From a virus (lineage: Duplodnaviria > Caudoviricetes), in IMG/VR virus record IMGVR_UViG_3300022179_000816, positions 1-41,495 of that record: a stretch of 41,495 bases of DNA, one strand, 5' to 3'. The notes below the pieces were generated by a model that was not told the origin of the DNA, made no database searches, and saw nothing but the letters and a program-made list of their open reading frames with translations. Positions 1 to 8,113 of this stretch are shown here, piece by piece (the first letter of the stretch is position 1; each line of letters starts with the position of its first letter). A program made the position numbers and the translations under genes.

Positions 1-75
1 GGATGTCTTCCCGCTCACCGGCGGTTAGCTTCAGCGGGTTCCGGGGGCCAGATTCCCTGCTACGTTCTGTCACAC

Positions 76-104
76 TTGTACTCTACCACTCCCCGTGGTA
101 TGCT
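76..104 (+). promoter_or_regulatory. sigma70-like promoter facing the late operon
   Basis: TTGTAC-17 nt-TATGCT with GTGG just before the -10, same architecture as eight minus-strand promoters. Confidence 0.65.
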
Positions 105-186
105 ACCTAGTCCGCTGGGTTTGGTGATGCGCCTCGGCGGGTTTGGGACAAGGTAGAGCGTGACGTAGACAATCCCGCTCCCTTGG

Positions 187-226
187 GGACCCCATCCGGC
201 CCAGTGGAACCGGATGGGGTCCTTCT
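187..226 (+). terminator. strong hairpin, probable terminator or attenuator
   Basis: Perfect 13-bp inverted repeat GGACCCCATCCGG/CCGGATGGGGTCC, 10-nt loop, followed by a weak TTCT tail. Confidence 0.55.
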
Positions 227-275
227 CAAAACTTCCTACTTGACAGGCTGGCCCGCGCCGTGCTCCCATGCCCGC

Positions 276-686
276 ATGGCCGAAGTCATTTCCTCCATTA
301 TCGAATACGTTCCCCCGGTCGAACCTCCTCTGAAGGTTACGGACGGCGAAATCTATGAGGCGATCTGCGAGTGTCGCGGGAACCTCAGCAAGGTCGCCAA
401 TCACCTCGGGGTCACGCGTCGCAGGATTTCGCAGCGCGTCGAGAGGAACCCAGGGCTGATGAAGGCCCTGGAGGAGTATCGGGACGATCGGCGCGAGGAG
501 ATTAAGGATATCGCCGAGGAGCATCTGTTCGCGGATGTTGAGAAGGGGGACGCGACGAATGTCCGCTTCGCCCTCCAGACCCTCGGCAAGGATCGCGGGT
601 TCTCCACTGGTGTCGTAGGCACCGGGAAGGGCGGCGAAATCATCGTTCAAATCAGCCGTCTGGCACAGGAAGCCCCCGATGAATAA
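276..686 (+). CDS. terS: terminase small subunit (HTH-containing)
   Basis: Position upstream of terL; HTH-like GNLSKVANHLGVTRRRISQRV and typical 'FALQTLGKDRGF' C-terminal segment; start reassigned to ATG 276. Confidence 0.75.
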   Translation: MAEVISSIIEYVPPVEPPLKVTDGEIYEAICECRGNLSKVANHLGVTRRRISQRVERNPGLMKALEEYRDDRREEIKDIAEEHLFADVEKGDATNVRFALQTLGKDRGFSTGVVGTGKGGEIIVQISRLAQEAPDE

Positions 687-837
687 CCACCCGTGGCTTT
701 CTAGGCTCTCTCATTCGACCCTGGCCGCGATTGCGGCTCGCAAGACCCCCATCGGGCACAGCGCGAATGGCATGCTGAAGCCGAAAGAGACAAAAGCGGT
801 TCCCGCGATGCCCGCTCGGCGCAGTAGGGTGCTGTAG
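679..837 (+). CDS. small basic hypothetical protein (52 aa, below the ORF track cut-off)
   Basis: MNNHPWLSRL...RRSRVL; overlaps the terS stop, AGGA upstream, ends 3 nt before the terL ATG. Confidence 0.5.
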   Translation: MNNHPWLSRLSHSTLAAIAARKTPIGHSANGMLKPKETKAVPAMPARRSRVL

Positions 838-840
838 AAT

Positions 841-2238
841 ATGGCCCCGATCCGCATATCCCTTCCGGCAAGCGGGTGGAAGCCCCGAGCCGACCAGATG
901 CCCATGTGGGCCTATCTGGAGGGAGGCGGAAAGCGCTGCGATACGGTGGCCCACAGGCGCTGGGGCAAAGACGACGTGTCCCTGCATTGGGCCGCAGTGG
1001 CGATGCACCAGCGGGTCGGGGTTTACTGGCACATGCTTCCGGAGGCCTCGCAAGCCCGGAAAGCCATCTGGGATGCCGTGAACCCGCGCACTGGAAGACG
1101 CCGGATTGACGAGGCGTTCCCGAAGGAACTCCGCGAGACCACCAAAGACCAAGAAATGTTTATCCGGTTCAAGAACGGATCGACGTGGCAGGTCCTGGGG
1201 TCCGACAACTTTGACAGCTTCGTGGGTTCGCCGCCGATCGGGGTGGTGTTCTCCGAGTGGGCTCTTGCCAGCCCTGCCGGGTGGAACTACATCAGGCCCA
1301 TCCTGCTGGAGAACGGCGGCTGGGCCGTGTTTATCTGGACCCCGCGTGGCCGGAACCATGCTACCAGGGCCTTCGAAGCCCGTGAAAAGGATCGGGACTG
1401 GTTCACCTCCCGTATCCCGGCCACCATCACTCCGGTGTTCACGAAAGAGCAGCTTGAGAAGGAGCTGCAAGACCTGATCGATGAAGCGGGCTCAGTGCAA
1501 GAGGGCACGGCCGTCTTCAACTCCGAATATATGGTCGACTTTGATAGCGCGGTTCCCGGAGCCTACTATGCGACGGAACTGCTCCAGGCCGAGGCCGATG
1601 GGCGCATTCTCGAAGTGCCCTATAACCCGGCTTTCAAAGTCGACACCATGTGGGACCTTGGGATCGATGATTATACCGCCATCTGGTTCACCCAGCGTGT
1701 GTCCGAAAGGCGTCTCAACGTCCTCGGATATTACGAAACTTCTGACCTTGGCCTTGACGCGATCGTCAAGGAAGCATTTAAGGACAACCGAGAAGCTGTC
1801 CGCTATAACTTCGGGATGCACTATCTTCCGCACGACGTTCGTGTCCGGGAACTTGGTGCAGGAGGCCGTACCCGCCTCCAAACTCTATATTCCTTAGGGG
1901 TCAAGCCCATTCGGGCTGGGATCGCCAGGGACCCGGAAGATCGGATCAACGCTGTTCGGCGGCTGATGCCGTATTGCTATTGGGATAAGGAGCGCACCCT
2001 GGTGGGTCGCGATCACCTCAAGCAATACCGGAAGCGCTATAATAAGTCCCTGGGCGTGTTCGTCGGGCCGCTGCACAACGAACATTCCCACGCGTCAGAC
2101 GCGTTCGGCGAGGGGGCTGTGAACATGCCCCTGCCTAAGGATGTCAAGAAGGACGTCGAGCCGCCCCGCGACGGTTATCGCAAGGGGACCAAGTCGATGT
2201 TCGCTATCGGAAACGTCCCGCACTGGAAGGTCGCCTGA
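841..2238 (+). CDS. terL: terminase large subunit
   Basis: Walker A-like HRRWGKD, Walker B-like VVFSE, coupling motif TPRG, nuclease motifs WDLG and SHASDAF. Confidence 0.93.
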   Translation: MAPIRISLPASGWKPRADQMPMWAYLEGGGKRCDTVAHRRWGKDDVSLHWAAVAMHQRVGVYWHMLPEASQARKAIWDAVNPRTGRRRIDEAFPKELRETTKDQEMFIRFKNGSTWQVLGSDNFDSFVGSPPIGVVFSEWALASPAGWNYIRPILLENGGWAVFIWTPRGRNHATRAFEAREKDRDWFTSRIPATITPVFTKEQLEKELQDLIDEAGSVQEGTAVFNSEYMVDFDSAVPGAYYATELLQAEADGRILEVPYNPAFKVDTMWDLGIDDYTAIWFTQRVSERRLNVLGYYETSDLGLDAIVKEAFKDNREAVRYNFGMHYLPHDVRVRELGAGGRTRLQTLYSLGVKPIRAGIARDPEDRINAVRRLMPYCYWDKERTLVGRDHLKQYRKRYNKSLGVFVGPLHNEHSHASDAFGEGAVNMPLPKDVKKDVEPPRDGYRKGTKSMFAIGNVPHWKVA

Positions 2239-4274
2239 TGGCCGAGCTAGAATCCGCAACCCCCTATGTGAACCCCGAGGACAAGAACCCTGTCCCGGGT
2301 GAAAGCGTTCGGGCGCTTGCCGACTATCGGAAGATGTTCGATGACTACCGGAACACTGCCGAGGAAAACCGGCGGCTTGCGGCTATCGATATCGATTACT
2401 ATGATGGCAAGCAGATCACCATCGCTGAAAAGCGTGTGCTGTCGACGCGCGGGCAACCGGATATCGTGATCAACAGGGTCCGGACCGCCGTCAACGGCAT
2501 TCTGGGCGTCATCATCCGGGCCAAGGCCGATCCACGATGCTGGGGGCGGACCCCCGCAGACACCGATGCGGCCGACGTGGCGACCGATGTTCTACGGTAC
2601 GTCACCGAACGGAACCGCTGGAGCCAGACCAAGGCCGCGTGCTTCTGGGACATGCTCGTTCCTGGAACCAGTGCGGCCCTGATCACGGTGAATGGCGACC
2701 TGGACGTCCAGGTCGACCAGATCAGGAACGAGGAGTTCTTTTACGACCCCCGTTCCCGCCGCCGCGACTTCAAGGACGCCAAATACCTCGGCATCGCTAA
2801 GTGGATGTATTCCACGGATGCGGAGCGTCGCTGGAAAAAGGAAATCAGCCTAGCCTATTCCTCGATGGAAGGGCTCGGGGGCGCGGTAGACCAGACCTTC
2901 GAAGACCGCCCGATGAACCAGGGCGCGTGGCTTGACGTCCGCAACCGGCGCGTCATGGTCGTCGAACTATACCACGAATATGATGGGAAGTGGTATCGCT
3001 GCGTATTCTACGGCGGCGGGGTCCTCGAAGAGGGCATCAGCCCCTACCATGACGAGAAAAAGCGTCCCTGCTGCCCTATCGAGGGCATGACGGCATATAT
3101 CGACCGCGACAACAACCGTTATGGCGTTGTCCGCGATATGCGGGACATTCAAGATGAAATCAATAAGCGCCGCTCGAAGCTTCTCCACCTCGTTTCGAGC
3201 CACCAAATCCAGGCCCGTGACCCTTCGGCGATTGAAGTCGACGCCGATACTGCTCGGGCCGAGGCCGCGAGGCCCGATGGGGTTATTCCGTACGGCTGGG
3301 AGATCGTCCGGACCACCGATATGTCGGCTGGCCAGATGCAATTGCTCGCCGAGGCCAAGAACGAACTCGAAAGGATGGGTCCGAACCCGGCCGTCCTTGG
3401 CCGTCAGGGTTCCGACACTTCCGGACGGGCTCTTCTGGCACGCCAGCAAGCCGGTCTCGTCGAACTGGCTCTTGTAATCGACCAACTGGACGATTGGGAG
3501 CTTCGGGTATTCAAGCAGTGCTGGTATCGTTGCCAGCAATACTGGAAGAACCCCCAATGGATCAGGGTCACCGAGAACCAGGATGATCCGCGATACGTTC
3601 AGGTTAACGTTCCGCGCGGCGAACCGATGGTCGATCCGGCTACCGGGCAACCCATGATGGAGCCGCCAGTTCTCGAAGACGGCACCCCGAACCCTAAGGC
3701 AGGGCAACCCGTCCGAGGCCAGCCTCAATTCGCCCCCGAGACCTTGGAAGACGGCACCCCGAACCCCAAGGCGGGTGAGAGCGTCTTCGGGTATGACAAC
3801 AACGTCGCCGAAATGGATGTCGATATCATCGTTGACACCCAGCCTGAGACGGCGAACATCATGCAGGAAATGCTGCAAGACCTGATCAAGCTGGTCTCGG
3901 CATCCCCGGCTTACGCGGATCAAGTGCCCTTCGAGGTGTTTGTGGAGCTATCTCCGCTGCCCCGCAAGCGCATGATCCTCGATAAAATCAAGACTTATCA
4001 GGCTGAGCGTCAAAAGGCGCAGGCTGCGCAGATGGAAATGCAGCAGCAGGCCGCGATGGAAAAGCTGAAGGCCGAAGTCCAAAAGATGATTGCCGAGGCA
4101 TTCAACAAGAAGGCTACCGGCGAGGCCGCGCTGATCACTGCGCAAGCCGCCGAAAGCCAAGCAGAAACCGCCGCAGCGCGGGCCTTGAACGACGCCGTTA
4201 CCGAAGAGGAAGCGGAACGTCGGGAAGACCGCCGCGACGAAAGGGAAGCGTCCTCGGAAGTCGAAGACGCCTAG
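2238..4274 (+). CDS. portal protein, P22-like
   Basis: 678 aa after terL; YYDGKQ, INRVR, YGVVRDMRDIQDEINKRRSK motifs; Q/A-rich coiled-coil C-terminus. Confidence 0.9.
   Translation: MAELESATPYVNPEDKNPVPGESVRALADYRKMFDDYRNTAEENRRLAAIDIDYYDGKQITIAEKRVLSTRGQPDIVINRVRTAVNGILGVIIRAKADPRCWGRTPADTDAADVATDVLRYVTERNRWSQTKAACFWDMLVPGTSAALITVNGDLDVQVDQIRNEEFFYDPRSRRRDFKDAKYLGIAKWMYSTDAERRWKKEISLAYSSMEGLGGAVDQTFEDRPMNQGAWLDVRNRRVMVVELYHEYDGKWYRCVFYGGGVLEEGISPYHDEKKRPCCPIEGMTAYIDRDNNRYGVVRDMRDIQDEINKRRSKLLHLVSSHQIQARDPSAIEVDADTARAEAARPDGVIPYGWEIVRTTDMSAGQMQLLAEAKNELERMGPNPAVLGRQGSDTSGRALLARQQAGLVELALVIDQLDDWELRVFKQCWYRCQQYWKNPQWIRVTENQDDPRYVQVNVPRGEPMVDPATGQPMMEPPVLEDGTPNPKAGQPVRGQPQFAPETLEDGTPNPKAGESVFGYDNNVAEMDVDIIVDTQPETANIMQEMLQDLIKLVSASPAYADQVPFEVFVELSPLPRKRMILDKIKTYQAERQKAQAAQMEMQQQAAMEKLKAEVQKMIAEAFNKKATGEAALITAQAAESQAETAAARALNDAVTEEEAERREDRRDEREASSEVEDA
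3672..3776 (+). repeat. intragenic direct repeat in the portal (LEDGTPNPKAG x2)
   Basis: GAAGACGGCACCCCGAACCC at 3675 and 3747, 72 nt apart. Confidence 0.9.
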
Positions 4275-4349
4275 AGAACCCTCCTCGGGTAGAGGATGGC
4301 CGCCGCATTTCGGGCGTTCGGGGCGCAGCGATCTGCGCGAAGGGATTGA

Positions 4350-5195
4350 GTGAAGACAATGGCTGGTGAGAACGACGATTTTGGACTGGACGGACTGTTT
4401 GAAGACGCTCCCGAGCCTCCGGTGACGGTGGTTGAGGGTACGCCGAAAGAAGTCCAAGACGACAGCGCCGGAAAAACCCAGGAGGAAGCACCTCCGGAGA
4501 ACTCCCAAGACGCTGGCGAACCGGAGCAATCCGGCCAGACTGTCATGGTGCCCAAGGCGGCCCTGGATGAAGCTCGGCAACGGGCGCGCGACGCTGAAGA
4601 ACGGCTCGCAAAACAGGGCAAAACCGAGGAAACCACTGATCAGCCTGAGCGCGCTGGTATCCGCGATCCGAAGGAAGACCCTGAGGGCTTCGCGGAGGAC
4701 ATTCTCGGGACTATCCAACTGAACACCGTGAACGTCACCCTCAACACCTCCGAGCGGTTCGCCCGCAAGGAACACGGTAATGAGGTGGTGGACAAGGTGC
4801 GGGATTGGGCTCTCGCAAAGTTCGAAACCGACCCGTCCTTCGCCACCAAGGTCCTCACTGATCCCGACCCTTACGAAGTGGCCATCAAGGCCTACAACGA
4901 CGAGCAGCTTAGCGCTGTGACGTCGAAGATCGACCCCGAAATCCTCAAGGGGCTCGACGAGGAAGAAATCGCCCTTCTCCGGAAGCACCGGGCCGAGAAG
5001 TCGGGGGGCGGCCAAAACGCTGGCGGAAGCACCGCTGAAACTAATCAGCCGCGTGGGGATGACGGCAAATTTGCCGCCCCGCGTAGAAAAGTCGATGCGC
5101 CTCCCGGCTCCATCATCAGCGAACCCAGTGGCGGTAAGTCCGCTGGAGAACCTGCGGTGGGCGAAGGGGTGGCGTTCCTCGACGCCTTTGGATAA
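4350..5195 (+). CDS. capsid scaffolding protein
   Basis: Acidic helical protein between portal and capsid; 'VPKAALDEARQR' and 'PRGDDGKFA' motifs; start may be ATG 4359. Confidence 0.75.
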   Translation: MKTMAGENDDFGLDGLFEDAPEPPVTVVEGTPKEVQDDSAGKTQEEAPPENSQDAGEPEQSGQTVMVPKAALDEARQRARDAEERLAKQGKTEETTDQPERAGIRDPKEDPEGFAEDILGTIQLNTVNVTLNTSERFARKEHGNEVVDKVRDWALAKFETDPSFATKVLTDPDPYEVAIKAYNDEQLSAVTSKIDPEILKGLDEEEIALLRKHRAEKSGGGQNAGGSTAETNQPRGDDGKFAAPRRKVDAPPGSIISEPSGGKSAGEPAVGEGVAFLDAFG

Positions 5196-5210
5196 ACAGG
5201 AGACACTTAG

Positions 5211-6329
5211 GTGTCCGAAACTGTCCTCGCCACTGCTTCGGAGAAGCAGAAGTGGATGTCCTCCTACTTCAAGGAGTATGTCCGGGGCTCTCGGTTCGCG
5301 GGCTATATGGGCCGCTCGCCGACGTCCATCATCTTCGTCAAGTACGAACTCCAAACGGAGAGCGGCAAGACGATCAACCTGCCTCTGATCACCCGCCTTC
5401 AAGGCGACGGGGTCACCGGCTCCCAGGTTCTCGACGGAAACGAAGAGGAACTGGGCAACTACAACTGCCCGATCTCGGTCGAATGGCGCCGGAATGGCGT
5501 CCGGGTGCCGAAGTCGACGTCCTACAAGACCGAAATCCCCCTGCTGGACGCGGCTCGTCCGATGCTCCGTCAGTGGGAAAGCGAGAAGCTGCGCGACGAC
5601 ATCATCTACGCGATGCTGTCCGTGGTTATCGCCGACACCTCCTCTGGCGGTGCCACGGTCAATATGGGCGTCTCGTCGGCCTCGGACCGCAACGCCTACG
5701 CGGCCAACAACCAAGATCGCCTCCTGTTCGGCAAGCTTCTGTCGAACTACTCGGCGACCTGGGCGACGGCTGTCGGCAACATCGACACCACCGACGACCA
5801 GTGCACGGTGGCTTCGATGTCCCTCGCGAAGCGGCTGGCCAAGTCGGCTGATCCGCACATTCGGCCCTACCAAGCCGATGATGCCGAGGGCGAAGAATGG
5901 TTCGTCGCCTTCCATGGCAGCCGAACCTTCCGCGATCTGAAGGCCGACCCGGTGATGACGCAGGCGAACCGCGAGGCTCGTCCGCGTGACGTCAAAAAGA
6001 ACCCGCTGTTCAAGGACGGCGATCTGGTCTATGATGGCGTCATTCACCGCGAAGTCCCGGAAATCGACGCCATCGCTGCTTCCGGCACCTACAACCTGAA
6101 CGGCGTGGGCGCTTCTTCCGCCGACGTCCGCCCGGTCTTCCTGTGCGGACAGCAAGCGATCGGTATTGCGTGGGGCCAAGAGCCGACCCCGCAGACCGAT
6201 CTCACCAAGGACTACAAGTTCCGTCCTGGTGTGGCCATCGAGGAACTCCTCGGGGTGAAGAAGATGGCCTTCAACTCCAAGCAGCACGGAATGGTCACCG
6301 CGTTCTTCGCGGCGGCTGCCGACAGCTAG
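5211..6329 (+). CDS. major capsid protein (DUF4043 / N4 gp56-like)
   Basis: 372 aa; 'LDGNEEEL', 'NPLFKDG', 'FLCGQQAIGIAWG' motifs; AGGAG RBS; highly biased codon use. Confidence 0.88.
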   Translation: MSETVLATASEKQKWMSSYFKEYVRGSRFAGYMGRSPTSIIFVKYELQTESGKTINLPLITRLQGDGVTGSQVLDGNEEELGNYNCPISVEWRRNGVRVPKSTSYKTEIPLLDAARPMLRQWESEKLRDDIIYAMLSVVIADTSSGGATVNMGVSSASDRNAYAANNQDRLLFGKLLSNYSATWATAVGNIDTTDDQCTVASMSLAKRLAKSADPHIRPYQADDAEGEEWFVAFHGSRTFRDLKADPVMTQANREARPRDVKKNPLFKDGDLVYDGVIHREVPEIDAIAASGTYNLNGVGASSADVRPVFLCGQQAIGIAWGQEPTPQTDLTKDYKFRPGVAIEELLGVKKMAFNSKQHGMVTAFFAAAADS

Positions 6330-6341
6330 GAGACTTGACGA

Positions 6342-6402
6342 CAGGGGAGGTAGCCAATCCTCCCCTGAACCTCTTGCCGCCATGGGTAGCCAATCCCGGG
6401 CA
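6342..6402 (+). other. tandem hairpins with identical TAGCCAAT loops
   Basis: CAGGGGAGG-TAGCCAAT-CCTCCCCTG (6342-6367) and TGCC..GGG-TAGCCAAT-CCC.GGCA (6375-6402). Confidence 0.7.
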
Positions 6403-6417
6403 GAAAGAAACAGAGCA

Positions 6418-6912
6418 ATGGCTGCTCAAACCTTTACGTCGACCGGCCAATCTAGTTCGGCTCCGGTCGGTGGTGATCCGGGTCAGGGCGCTCGCATCCT
6501 GAACTCGCTCTACCACACCTTCACCATCCCGGAAACTCCGGAGGTGGGGGACATCTATGTCGTCGGCTATCTGCCGCGCGGCGCGGTGCCCTGTGGGGGC
6601 TATCTGGCCACCACTGACATCGACACCGGCACTGAGACGTTCGATATGGACGTGGGGATCGCGGCGAACGGCGTTGACAGCGCCGATCCCGACTTCTTCA
6701 CCAACTCGGGCGTTCTCACCGGGGATGCGATCACGGACTTCGCGTTCACGAACGCGGCGAACGTGCGTCTATTCACCGGGGCGTTCCCTGTCGCGCAACT
6801 CGGGGCGAAGACCCGGGTGCAATGTCAGGTGATCGCCGTCGCAGCGGGGGGCGCAACTGGCACGGTCACTATCCGCGTCGACTATCTGATGCCGGGTAAG
6901 GCCACCTCGTAA
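6418..6912 (+). CDS. probable capsid decoration/cement protein
   Basis: Beta-rich G/T/A protein directly after the capsid gene; 'LPRGAV', 'DIDTG..FDMDVG'; start reassigned to ATG 6418. Confidence 0.6.
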   Translation: MAAQTFTSTGQSSSAPVGGDPGQGARILNSLYHTFTIPETPEVGDIYVVGYLPRGAVPCGGYLATTDIDTGTETFDMDVGIAANGVDSADPDFFTNSGVLTGDAITDFAFTNAANVRLFTGAFPVAQLGAKTRVQCQVIAVAAGGATGTVTIRVDYLMPGKATS

Positions 6913-6953
6913 ACCCCTAGAAGGCGGTCGTCGACCGTCAGAAAGACAGGCAA

Positions 6954-7460
6954 ATGGCCGAAACTGACAAGAAGTCCGGCAAGTCCGGAGCCGCCGACAA
7001 CAGCGGCAACCAAGAAGGAGCCAACGCTCCGGGGCCTGGGGTTACTCAGGCCAACGACCTCCAAGCCCGCGAAGGGGAGGGCAACCTCTCTGGAGCCACG
7101 GACGAACACGGTATGGCCTCTGCCGCTGGCGGTGAAGGTCCCCGGTTCGCCCCGGAGGAAGGCGAAGTCACTCAAGCGAGGGGCATCGGCCGGATCGACC
7201 ACAGCAAGACCCACATCCGTTTCGTCGGAACCCCCGGCGACGCGACTGAGAACTCCTACACCGAAGTTTTCGGCAAGCGGTTCTATCGCGGGAAGTGGGT
7301 CCCGCTGGAAAATCTCGACGGCCGGAACCGGGAAAAGAAGGCTCTGACCTACAATCAGTTCACCAAGCTGGTCTCGAACCCGGCTTTCGAACTGGGCGAT
7401 GGCGAAGACACCTCCCTCCCCGGCGCGGCCGGAACTGCCGACGAAGCCGAAGAAGCCTAA
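6954..7460 (+). CDS. hypothetical virion-region protein
   Basis: Low-complexity N-terminus; 'VFGKRF..G..V...KLVSNPAFE' domain of the kind seen after capsid genes. Confidence 0.65.
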   Translation: MAETDKKSGKSGAADNSGNQEGANAPGPGVTQANDLQAREGEGNLSGATDEHGMASAAGGEGPRFAPEEGEVTQARGIGRIDHSKTHIRFVGTPGDATENSYTEVFGKRFYRGKWVPLENLDGRNREKKALTYNQFTKLVSNPAFELGDGEDTSLPGAAGTADEAEEA

Positions 7461-7481
7461 GGGCCAACGCGGCATAGAAAT

Positions 7482-7513
7482 GGCTGGGGTGGCCTTCGGG
7501 CCGCCCCGGTTTT
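7482..7513 (+). terminator. rho-independent terminator after the head genes
   Basis: GGGGTGGCC-TTCG-GGCCGCCCC stem with UUCG tetraloop followed by TTTT. Confidence 0.8.
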
Positions 7514-7525
7514 CAGGAGAGAAAG

Positions 7526-8113
7526 ATGCCCCTGGTCTCCGACATTATCCAACACGCCTATCGCCGCAGCGGCATCCTGCCTCAGGGCGTTACGGTAAGT
7601 ACCACACAAGCCGAAGTCGGCCTCGAGCAGCTTCAAGCTTGGTATCGCGCCCAGGCTGATGGGCTGTTCGGCGCGATGAACGATACGCGCCTAACCAGCA
7701 GCGCGGCTTATACGGCCAAAGAATTCGATAGGATTATCAACCCTGAGGGAGCGACGATCACTCTTCCGACTACGGTTCAAGACCTTTACAGCGGTGAGGC
7801 TCGGCCCCCGCTGGATTGCGCTATCATCGTGATCGGAAACATTGATGGGGAAGGGGCCGTCACCAATCAGACTTGGGTGTACGATGCTCCTATGGGGAAC
7901 TGGTATGACATCCAGAGCCTCGCAGAGGATAACTATGCCCCTCTTTCCACCCGTTGGGAAGATCAGCTGAAAAACCTCTTGGCAGTGAGGCTGTGCGATG
8001 ACATCGGCATCCCGGTCTCGAAGGTGCTCGCTCATTCGGCGGGTCTGGCGAAGCTAAAACTGGCCGCTCGCCATGGAAGTAAAAGACGGCCTCTGAATGC
8101 GGAGTATTACTGA
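7526..8113 (+). CDS. head-tail adaptor (P22 gp4-like)
   Basis: N-terminal 'VSDIIQHAYRRSGI' and C-terminal 'LLAVRLCDDIG' patterns; synteny; AGGAG RBS. Confidence 0.65.
   Translation: MPLVSDIIQHAYRRSGILPQGVTVSTTQAEVGLEQLQAWYRAQADGLFGAMNDTRLTSSAAYTAKEFDRIINPEGATITLPTTVQDLYSGEARPPLDCAIIVIGNIDGEGAVTNQTWVYDAPMGNWYDIQSLAEDNYAPLSTRWEDQLKNLLAVRLCDDIGIPVSKVLAHSAGLAKLKLAARHGSKRRPLNAEYY

Noticed and set aside
240-275. TTGACA promoter giving a leaderless terS mRNA
   Set aside because: The -35 is perfect but the -10 (TCCCAT at 18 nt) is poor; not supportable without TSS data
3948-6383. 811-aa minus-strand ORF and other long antisense ORFs (e.g. 2967-3923, 27289-28173, 29796-30971, 31427-32353)
   Set aside because: Antisense shadows of strongly codon-biased GC-rich genes; no motifs and wrong strand for their operons
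6342-6402. tRNA fragment (TAGCCAA resembles a D-arm start) or simple terminator
   Set aside because: No cloverleaf or T-arm, and no U-tract after either stem
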